A stretch of 64,000 bases of DNA, from NCBI GenBank assembly GCA_031835245.2, contig JAVKOQ020000001.1:186001-250000 (forward strand), written 5' to 3'. This stretch comes from Balamuthia mandrillaris (taxonomy: Eukaryota). The translations under genes and the position numbers were made by a program. Shown piece by piece: positions 1-9,700 of the stretch. Under the pieces are notes generated by a model that saw only the letters and a program-made list of their open reading frames with translations, ran no database searches and was not told where the DNA came from. Each line of letters begins with the position of its first letter. The stretch's first letter is position 1.

Positions 1-2853
1 TCAGAGCAAATAAACTTCTTATTACTACAATTTCCATCAGTATGTCAATGCTTTTTCATCTGCCTGGGTTTCTTCAACACTATGGCAGTGATCAATCCAG
101 CTCCACATTGTGATAAGATTAATACAAAAAGGAATTTCCCTTCAATAGTAACTATAGCAAGTACATGCTTGGAATACTAAAAGGGAGAAATGAAAAAGGA
201 ACAGGATATATGTTGGCAGGTCATATATGACACCTTTCTAATGGGTACAATGCAAAATGATCCAAAAAATTTGGCTCACAATTCCACTCAAAATTTACTA
301 CCAATTTTTGGATGATTTTTCCCATTTCATATCCCCTTGTCATCAGAATATTGTCATATACAGGAGGGCATGGACATAAGGATACTGTAACTGACCCAAA
401 CTATTGGTCAATATTAAAACCAAAGTATGGCTTTGCCAGTCCTCCAAGGTAGGGACTGTGGAGGGCAGATCAATTATGGTGAGTAGTAAGGACCTTAAGA
501 AGGAAAAGGTGGAACTCTCTGGCATTGTGCTGGCTGAGGAGGGGCATCATAGTGCTGCCTACTGGTCTGACATTGTGAATGAGGAAGGGGATGAGTCCTT
601 TTATAATAGAAAGGAAAGAGTGGCATCCATTCTCCACACTCTAGATTTTAAAGAGATCTTTCCAAAGATTTGGACATCCTGATAGTGTTCTGTTTCTTCC
701 TCAAGAATTGCATGCAGGGCACTTATTATCCTCTTCAGACTACTGAATGGCTTCCCACTTTTTTCTAATGAGCAATCCACAACAGATTTCATCAGTCATT
801 CTTTCCTTGTAATTACTAAGCTTTGTTGTTGTCCAACCACATATCTTTCATTTGTCAAGAAGTAATGCGTTTGTATCCTATGCTCTTGTATCCTCTTTCT
901 CTTTACTCAAGTTAAGGTCCTTATCCTCTTGGCTTTCTTTTCAACATTACTCATTTATTATACCTTTCATTGCTCATTCTCTACCCAAGATAGAGGTGAC
1001 AGAAGTGCAGGGTCATTGTGTAGAAAAAAAAAGGGTCAGAAAACAATGGTAAACTCTCTTGCAAACTAAAATTTCTCTATGAAAATATACCCACCACTAC
1101 TCCGAACCATAGTGCATCGAATGCAAGTAGTTTCACCTTTCAAGAATTTTATTCTCTACCTGAGATAAAGTTGGCAAAAGAGCATGGGTCACTTTGTAAA
1201 GAAAAAAGAAAGATCAGAAAAAATATCAAACTAGTATACACTATGAAAACATACATACCACTATTAAAAATGGCAAAGCCAAAAAGTAAGATCAATGGTC
1301 TGTGTTTATGACACATTGAACAATTCTGCCCAGGCTGAGGGTTGTGAAATTATCTCATCCTGTAATTTCACTGTCATGAAGGTAAGTAAACAAAGCAAGA
1401 GGCAAAGGCAAGCAAAGAACCATCCAGAAAAATAACTTTAACAAATGAACAGTAAATGGTTAGTTCCTATCAAACAACACCTTGGTTTAGTGTCATCATC
1501 ACTCCTTTTTGTTAACTTGCTTTGTGAATTGTTTTGTTATTTATTGAGAATCAAGGGGACTGTGCTCACTCCCATTCTCCTGCAGTTTAACTGCCTTTTC
1601 TCTTCTTCTGCCATAGCACTGAAGAAACCAACACAGATAACAAAGATGAAAGACACTCATGTAATACCTTTTTTCTCCTTTATGAGACGACTGTATGCCT
1701 GATCCCAAGACTGTAGAGGATGGATAGACAGATGGACGAATAGATGGTTGAAAAGACTTCCATGTGGCTTTTGCTGTCCTTGAACAGGCTAGCTCTTGGC
1801 ATTCTGTTGCTGGCAGAATACAACTATACCTTCATTAACATCCTCTGAGGAACTAGCAGGCAGTGTAATAGGTCTCCAGTCAGTGCAAAGTGTTGAGCTG
1901 TGCTGCTTTCTTTCCCAACGAACAATATAGACTATAATACTGATTCAAGTGCACAACAAACTATGAAGATAAAGACCAACAGAAACTTTATAAACAGTTG
2001 ACAGAAAAACCATTGGTTTTACAAACCTGAAAAAGCAAAAGTACGCTAGTTTGGTGTGGTCATTTTCATTTTTATTATTTTTTAAAGATCAAGGCTGATG
2101 CAGCCACAGCTCAACCAAGGAGTGTGGAATCTTGGAGTTCAAAACAGAAACAAATTGCAGCAGACTTACTTAAACGCAAGATGATGGCAAGGTTTCTTCA
2201 TCTTTGTGAAGAAGAAAATATGACGAAGGCACAAAGGAATAACAGCTTTGAGGAACATAAATGCTATTGGACTAAGGAACTGGCTGCACTGTTGAAACAA
2301 CTGTTTGATGATGGTTTGGTGGAACAGATTATCAAGTTTGTGATAACTTTGATGTCAACCAATATCTTGTTAAAATTTCTCTACAATGCTCCTATTTCCT
2401 GCTTTCTCTATTTCCTAATTCTCCGATTTACACGATGTCATCATCCTTGATGCCATCTTTTTTTTTTTGGGAATAGTTTATTGGCTATCTAGTGGGCTGG
2501 GCCGCTCAACCTCATAGGTAAAATTACCCACAGCACCTCTTACTAGCATCAATGCCCATTGGACATAGTGCGTTGGGAGGCACAAAGGCTGCTAGAGATC
2601 GCCTGTTAAACATGTACATGTTATAAGTTGGGCAGGTTTGGTGGGTGTAAGAGTTCGCTTGTTGCAGGTTTCAACAGTGAGATGGCGTGGTAGATATGAG
2701 GTTGACCATTATTGCCATCGGATGAGGCACTGGTTCCACTGGCAGTCCACTGGCGCCTGACCGGTCTGGCAGGTTTTGGGAGGTCCAACCTCCTGGAGGG
2801 TCTCTGCTTTCTGGAAGGGTCAATCGGGGAAAGGTGTGGAACTTTGGTTTTAT

Positions 2854-5800
2854 TTATGAGTTGTTGAGGTAATGCAGTTTTTTGAGTTTCTCATTTCGCT
2901 TGAGGAAGATATTGGTTCTGGTGCTGTCGATAATATGGGTGATGCTGTTGATATCTTTGTTGTTGGTGCTGTGTACAGTTAGATAGTAGATAAGTTCTCC
3001 TTTCCAAAAGTCGAGGTTTTTTGCTTGCTGCACCAGCAAGGAGGAAATCAGGATGTTGTAGGTTTTGATGTCTTCTATCATTTTTGTGGTAAGTTTTTGG
3101 GAGACAACACATGTGGTATAAAGGTGTTCAGTGGTTTCAAGGCATCATTCACCATTCTTCATGCAGATTTTGCAGTACTTATCAGCATACAGTCGTTTAG
3201 ATGAGTTATTTATGTAGTTACAGAGTGGGAGGAGTTCATATTTTGTTCGAATGAGGTGATTGTAATGCCATGTAGAGAGGGGGGAGTGTTTTAGTTGTTT
3301 GTTGGCTTTTGGATGTCTGTTTTTGAGGAGGTTTCTGATATTGTGGTCTTCCCAGGTGCAGGTCTTTAGGTTTCATATCATAGTAACTTCGTTCGGGAGG
3401 AGGGCAAGAGTTATAAGCGAATGCAAGTTGCACACAGCAATTGTTCTTTGGGCTAGGGACGCTTGTTTGTCAGCCTCTCTATTAAGTAGTACTCGTTGGC
3501 CATAGTCGTTTGGATGTAGGAGTCTTTGTTTGGGTATTTTCTCTTTCCATTCCTTTGATGTTTTCTTTTCTTGATGGCTGTAGACATGAGTGATTGAGAT
3601 GTTGTGGGTTTTGAGGTGTTGAGAGATAATTCGCCAGGTAGCAACTGCTTTGAGAGGGGAGCGTTTGGGAGGCTCCTTGAGGAGGTAGACCATGGCTTTG
3701 TTGTCGGATATGATGTGAACAAAAGGGATGGATGCAGTGGCTTCAAGGGCATATGCTATAGCTGAGGCTTCCGCGTTGAAGGATGTAGCTGTCAGTGGCT
3801 ATGAGGAGCGGTGCATCATTGTGAGGAGTGTTTAATGGCTCATGTTTGGTTAGTTGGAAGTCCTCTGGGAATGTGGCGAGGTGAATGTTGGCAATCGTGT
3901 TTGCATCTTCGTTAGAGAGAGGAGCAAAGGGCCATGCCGTGAGTTTGTTTGTCAAACAGGTCGAGGGAGAGGGGGAGTTTTCTTTCGTATAGTAGGAGGC
4001 ATCGTGGTGTGTCTTTAGGTCTGAGGAGTAGGAGTTGGTTATGTTTTGCAGTACATAAAAGTTGTGTGATTGTTTTGAGCTTGCTCCTTGTTATTGCTCT
4101 TGGGTTGTGAAGTTGCAGCAGGTGGTTGGCTGGGTTTGTTGAGGGCTGTGAGTAGTAGTTGTTCATTAAGATATTAAGTGTGCGAGATGCAGAGTTGTCA
4201 TCATTCAGGATTCTGTTGACATAGTGATTCAAGAAGTGGCCGTGCTGGAGGGTGGTAATGTTACGAAGGGAGAGGCAGGTCAGTTTGTTTTTAAATATGC
4301 TTGAGTTGTACTTTCCAAAGATGTGTAGGATGGAGCAGAGGCAGTTTCTGGCAGTACGTACTAGGGTAGCTAATGTTTTTGTTGAAAGGAGGTGAGTGTG
4401 CATTGAATATTCAATTGCAGGGATAGCGATGGTATTTAGAAGGAGCACCTTTAAGTCCACAGGAAGATATTTTCTTGTGATTGCAGAGCAGTACTTGGTG
4501 AACTTTTTTGTGAGATACTCATCTATGGCATGAGGGTTGGCAATGGAGAAGGGGATTCCTAGGTACACACAGAGGTCTTCACACGAAAGCTGTGTTATTG
4601 GTTTGAGCTTATTAGTATAGGTGTCCATCGTGGAGAGAGAAAGGTCAGGGTCTGTACTCATGAAGACAGTTTTGTGTATGTTGATGGTGATAGTATCATG
4701 TGCAAGGAATGTGACTGTGTGGTCAAGGTTGTTTGTGATGTCTGGGGTGTTGTCTGAGATGAGGAATAGGTCATCTGTGAAGGCCATTCCTGCAATTTTT
4801 GTACCAGCTGAGAGGGTATAGCCCGTGTTTGAAGAGTGGAGATAATCAAGAAGTGGGTTGATATAGACGTTGAATAGTGTGGAGGAGAGAGGGTCTCCTT
4901 GTTTAACTCCTTTGGTAATGTAGAATTGGTCAGTGTCTCCGCAGGGAAGGATTACAGATGTTTTAGAGTTGTTGTAGATGCCTTTGAATACATCTATTGC
5001 TTCTTCACTTAGGCCATAGTGGCGGAGGGTCTGGAAGATGGTGTTGTGTGGAACAGAATCAAATGCTTTGTTGATGTCAATCCAGACAATATGGAGAGGT
5101 TTATTTCGTTGTTGGCTGTCTTCAATAATGAGTTTGAGTGTGGTAACATTTGTGGAGGCTGAATGCTTGGGTCTGAATCCATTTTGTGCATCACAGAGGG
5201 TTTCACTGGTTTCAAGAATGTAGTTTAACCTTTTTTGAATGATCTTTGTGTATATTTTGTAGATGGAATGGCATAGTGCAATGGGCCTGTAGTAAACTGG
5301 AAGAGTTGGGTATCCGGTTTTGTAGATAGGCCATATTTTTGAGGTATTCCACTTCTCAGGGACAACATGTGCATTGAGGACTTCATTCAAGATAGTGACA
5401 ATCCGTTCTTTGTTGTGCGGAGAAAGAGATTTATAGACTTCAATGACAAGGCAATCACTGCCTGGGCATTTTTTGTTCTTCATTTTGTTGATAACTGTGT
5501 TGACTTCATGGAAGGTGATGGTTTCATGGAGTTTATGGCTGAGGTCTTTGAGTTTCTTTTGAATATGTGCTACATAGATGTTGTTTGGTGGGGGGCAGTC
5601 TTCATTTTTTTCGATGTCTTCTAGTACTGCGATAAAGGTTTTCTTCGGGTTTGTATTGTGCTCTGGACAGGAAAAGAGTTTTTTCCAGTGGTCTTTAACT
5701 ACTTGTTTGACAGTCTTTGGGTCTGATGTGATTGTGGGTTCACCATTCTCATTGGTGGTGGACACGGATTCAAGTTGTTTGTTGTCATTGGGAAACAACA

Positions 5801-6761
5801 GATTTTTCATCTTGTTGTAAAATACTGAGCTTTTGTGCTGTCCTTCGACAATAAAAGTCCCATTGTTCCAAAAGAAACCAAAGTGAGCACCTCTCCCAGT
5901 CCCCAGAATCCCATACAAGCATACCATGAATGAGAAAGAGATTACTAGCCTCAACCAAACTATACATGACAGCCCGCTTTCCTTTTCTTGTCCTGAAGAC
6001 CACCAAGAAACCTTTCTAGAAATCCTAAAAACTATTGTGCCATGCACTTCAAACAAAGCGCCATGGCAGCTCCCTAAAGCCAAACACAATATCATTGAAT
6101 ACCGTAGAGTCAATAAAGCAATTCGCTACCTCCTGCACAACCCTAACATTCCCACCTCACTAAATCTCAAGCTACAACAGGGAGGAAACACATCTCTTGC
6201 CTCTCTCTTAGAACGTCAGAAAAAACTTAAACTGCAAATAAACCAAACAGAAAAAGAAGAAGAGAGAAGAAAAACACTGTAAAGCAATTGCCAGAAGTTT
6301 TCATTGTCTTTAGGTTCTGCAGGAGCATATACTGCGACAAGGTAAGTGTTTCCCCCCTTTTTACGATGTACATTGAGAATGACTACGCGGTGTTCTATGT
6401 CAGGGTGTGGGGAAATGACACTAACATAGCGTTTCCATTCCTTTTTGACGATCCATGCCGTGTGGATGAGTTGTCGTTTGGTGCCTGGTACAGTTGTTAG
6501 GGAAGATAGCTTGCTGGGATAGAAGAGAAAGTCTAGATGGAGTTGTGGGAAGCAAAGGTTTGGGTTACCAAGTTCTTGGACAGAAAGAAAGTCAATTTTA
6601 TTTTTATCAAGAAGAGAGTTCAGGGAGTTAATCTTTTTTTTCCATCCTTTTGATAGGTTGAAGGTCGTTATCATTGTGAGAGGAGGGGAGGACAGGGGTG
6701 ATGATGGTGGTGAGGGGGTGGGAGAGGGAGGAGTAGCGTTAGGTAGCATTGTTACTACCAT
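2854..6761 (-). pseudogene. LINE ORF2 (APE endonuclease, reverse transcriptase, RNase H, CCHC knuckle), disrupted
   Basis: APE N-half (ITTFN, FLSVQE, VAVYAP). RT motifs PGSD, YRPIAL, QNGFRP, DINKAFDSV, GVKQGDPLS, FTDD, YLGI. RNase H-like IATD...IISD...ITHVYSH...NREADKQA (~3440-3830). Knuckle CKIC...ETTEHLYTTC (~3110-3175). Stops, frameshifts and an internal inversion. Confidence 0.93.
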
Positions 6762-7776
6762 TTGCACTCTTCGGTTGTACCACCTGTACCATTAACACCC
6801 TTTTTTTGTCTTTGTTGTGGTGGATGATGGGCTTTAGCAGCGCGAGGAGGGCTTGGCGGTAGGACGGGAAATGGATGAAGGCGCACCCTTTAGAGATATT
6901 GGTCCTTTTGTCTCTTATTACTCTCAGTTACGTTGGGTGGATGCTACTGTTGTGGAAGGCCTTGAATATCTGCTTTTGGCCAAGGTTCTTAATGTTGCCT
7001 ATCCAAAGTTTAGGTCCTCCTTGCGCTTGTCCTTCCCATAGGCGGTAGCGGGTATTCCCAACTTGTAGGTATTGGTCCGCGAGTAGTTGTTCCTTGTCCT
7101 CCGCTCGTAGTAGGGCGATGCGTAGATCGTTGGAGGGGTAGAGGTAGGTGCTGTGGACGATCGCATGTTCGCTCGCTGCTTCTATGATTTCTGTTGCCGT
7201 GTGCTTGAGTTCTCTGAGGTAGAGGACGTGCTGGGGTTCTGCATCACATTCTCGTTTCCTAAGGTATTGTACGTCAAGGACGGTGCCGGTAGGGAAGAGT
7301 TGCGAAAGGGTGCTTCTCGCGTCTTCAGCATCTTTGCTCTTGGAGAACGCTAGGATGGAAATACTGGCGCTCGTAAAGGAGTAGTCTTCCATGGGGGGAC
7401 AACAGTTGGTTAGGTCAGCATAGCTGCCTGTGAAGCCGTGAACTACGCATACCGAGACGGAGTTTTCTTCGTCGTCATCGACTTCGTCGTCGCTGGTATC
7501 GTCATGTGGAGATTTGCTAGAATGGGGGCGCATGAGTTCTCGTATCTCGCGGAGGGCTTGGACTTTGAGGTTCGTGTACTTGGCGTGCGGCTGGTCCGTC
7601 TTTCTTGTTTGTAGCTGTTCGATTCGATGAAGGGCGGCTTCAAAGTCGTCATCTTCAAGGGTCCAGGAGTTTCCGAGGAGGGCGAGTAGTTCGTTGGCAG
7701 CACTGTCGGGGAGTCGGTTGGCGTTTCCTTCCTCATCGTGGTCATCAGATTCCTCGGATCTCTTCCTCTTGTAGGG
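6739..7776 (-). pseudogene. LINE ORF1, RRM-containing RNA-binding protein
   Basis: One frame runs from PYKRKRSEESDD (7776) to TAA at 6739-6741, with one internal TAA (6928-6930) that splits an RRM: LWIGNI (RNP2) and KGCAFIHF (RNP1). The end overlaps the ORF2 start. The 5' end is interrupted by the Fanzor element. Confidence 0.8.
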
Positions 7777-7779
7777 CTA

Positions 7780-7960
7780 AGGCGGCGCCAAGATCAAGCC
7801 GATCCATGGGACAACGAAAATAAAGCAAAATTAGTAAAAGGAAAACAAAAAACAGAGACACAAAAAATAACCCACCACCTCCGGCGTGCCTAATCACGGC
7901 TTGTCTTACGACTCGCTATAAGCAACGGTGCCGGCACCAAAGCAACCTTACCGCCTACCG
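7780..7960 (-). ncRNA. Candidate Fanzor omega-RNA scaffold
   Basis: Stacked hairpins right after the stop codon on the minus strand: GGTGCCGGCACC, TTGCT-TAT-AGCGA, GTC-GTAA-GAC, CGTG-ATTAGG-CACG. The position between ORF end and element end is where TnpB/Fanzor omega-RNAs lie. Confidence 0.6.
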
Positions 7961-9700
7961 CCCCCTCACAGAGGAGGAGGAGGTGGTAAGTGCTTGCAAC
8001 GTAAAAAAGCGGATCAAGATGTTTCGGGCGGCGTTGGCATCTCGATCCGCCTGGTAGCCACACTCGGGTTGAGGGCACCGAAAGGTCTTGTTTCCCCCCA
8101 ACTGGTGGTGGACTTGGCCGCACTTGCCGCAGGTCTTGGAGGTGTATTCCTCATCGCAGAGGCAGACCGTACAGGACGGAAATTGCTTGGCCTTGTTGAG
8201 GAGCCTCTGCCTGAAGCGATAGTGGGACCAGGTGAGCATGGCTCTGGCCGTTCGTGAGCCAATGCGGCGGTGGCCTCGCCGCACCATCTGCTGGCTCCTG
8301 AACTCTGGCAGAAGGATGAGGGAGAAGTTCCTGACCAACCAAGACACGAGCTTCTTGTGGAGGTCATCCACCAGGTTGCGGATCCTCTGGCGAAGCCGAG
8401 CAGCGGCCCTTCGGAGACGGCGCCGTTGTCTGTGGTTGACCTTGGTGCCCTTACTCTGCATGCGATCCAGGCGGTGGCACAGCTTGCCTATCTCGTTGAT
8501 GTCCGCTTTGCCCCACTCGGTGACCTCCCCGCAGCCGTTGTAGGTGGTCATGAATGTGCGCACTCCTGGATCCAAGGCGATGATGCCTGCCTCTCTCCTT
8601 CGGTGCTCACGGGCTTGGCTCTCGCCCATGAGCTTCAAAGGCTGAGGCACGCAGAGGTAGTAATGGCCCAGTCGAGTGTCCTTCACCAGACGAACGGCAT
8701 AGAGCACCTCTGACGGAACTTTGTAGTTCTTGTCCCTCGCTTTGATTCGCGCCTCCCCGAAGAAGAGTTGGCGGATAGAGCTGTTGTGGTTCCACTCCCT
8801 GGCTTGGATGCTGAGAGACTGGCTCTTGTCCTTCCTACCACGGAACTTCATCTGGAATCCAGTCGTGCCTCTGCCCGCCGCCAAGCTGCTTTTCACGCCG
8901 TTGAAGAAATCATCGACAGCGTCACTCCGAATGAATCGAGGAGTTTCCAACACCCACGCAAGGCTCTTGTTCTCTCCCTTGAAATTGCTGTTATTTAGGA
9001 ATTTCTTCCTGACTTGTTCCTTCATCTCATCACGAGGCATTCCTTGATGTTCACGATGGAACTCCACGGCCTTGTTGTAGGTCCATCGTACTGTGCCGAA
9101 CCACTTGGCCAGCGTCTTCTTTTGTTCTGAGCGCGGATAAAGGCGGATCTTCTCCACTCGCCCCACTACCGGTTTCTCCTCTCCGTTCTTGCCTTTTTTG
9201 GTGAGCTGTACGGCTGGGCGAGACGGAACGAGTCCCTCGATGAGGCCTAACAAGCCTTTCTGGTTTTTCTCCTCTTCTTCCTTCTCCTTCTCCTTCTCCT
9301 TCTCCTCTTCCTCTTCCTCTTCCTCCTTCTCCTTCTCCTTCTTCTTCTCCTCCTCCTCCAACACCTTTTCTCCGTTAGGAATGTGCTTGCAGGCGGTGAA
9401 CCATCCTGAACCACAGGCAAAGGGTTCTTCCAAGCACAAGGCTTCCGGGCGTATTAATCTTCTCCCGATTTCGCTGGAAAACTGGTTCCAAAAGGGCTGG
9501 GCAGGTGCAGCCTGCGGCCTACCACGCTTCTGTGCCCTTGCCTGAGGTGCCGCTGGGGCGTTTTCCGCTCTTCTTTTCCGAGTAGCAGTGGAAGTAGCAG
9601 AAGTAGTGGCGCGACCCCCTTCCTTGTGGACCCGACCGAAGTGGATGGCCAACCCGCGAGAGGTAGCAAACTTTTTTCCGCACTGTGGGCAACTTGCCAT
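7955..9700 (-). CDS. Fanzor2/TnpB-family RNA-guided endonuclease (581 aa) with N-terminal C2H2 zinc finger
   Basis: HTH KIRLYP...WFGTVRWTYN. RuvC-I IALDPGVRTF. ILLPEF at the canonical RuvC-II position, with the alternative Glu in DEEYTSKT. Zn ribbon CGKC...CPQPEC. RuvC-III DRDANAARNI. Uninterrupted ORF. Confidence 0.95.
   Translation of the reverse strand: MASCPQCGKKFATSRGLAIHFGRVHKEGGRATTSATSTATRKRRAENAPAAPQARAQKRGRPQAAPAQPFWNQFSSEIGRRLIRPEALCLEEPFACGSGWFTACKHIPNGEKVLEEEEKKKEKEKEEEEEEEEKEKEKEKEEEEKNQKGLLGLIEGLVPSRPAVQLTKKGKNGEEKPVVGRVEKIRLYPRSEQKKTLAKWFGTVRWTYNKAVEFHREHQGMPRDEMKEQVRKKFLNNSNFKGENKSLAWVLETPRFIRSDAVDDFFNGVKSSLAAGRGTTGFQMKFRGRKDKSQSLSIQAREWNHNSSIRQLFFGEARIKARDKNYKVPSEVLYAVRLVKDTRLGHYYLCVPQPLKLMGESQAREHRRREAGIIALDPGVRTFMTTYNGCGEVTEWGKADINEIGKLCHRLDRMQSKGTKVNHRQRRRLRRAAARLRQRIRNLVDDLHKKLVSWLVRNFSLILLPEFRSQQMVRRGHRRIGSRTARAMLTWSHYRFRQRLLNKAKQFPSCTVCLCDEEYTSKTCGKCGQVHHQLGGNKTFRCPQPECGYQADRDANAARNILIRFFTLQALTTSSSSVRGR

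Noticed and set aside
1019..1265. Degenerate direct repeat (AAAAAA..TCAGAAAA...CTATGAAAA..TAC..ACCACTA, twice)
   Set aside because: Too diverged and A-rich to assign. Probably part of an old decayed repeat.
3912..6113. 733-aa ORF as an intact RT protein with a signal-peptide-like N-terminus
   Set aside because: The first ~90 aa are the antisense reading of the inverted block, so ORF2 is a pseudogene.
7720..7750. Hammerhead-like CTGATGA...GAAA on the minus strand
   Set aside because: Lies in ORF1 coding sequence and lacks the supporting stems.
9255..9365. Intron in the Fanzor ORF at the low-complexity tract
   Set aside because: Purine-rich on the sense strand, unlike this genome's pyrimidine-rich introns, and the frame stays open.
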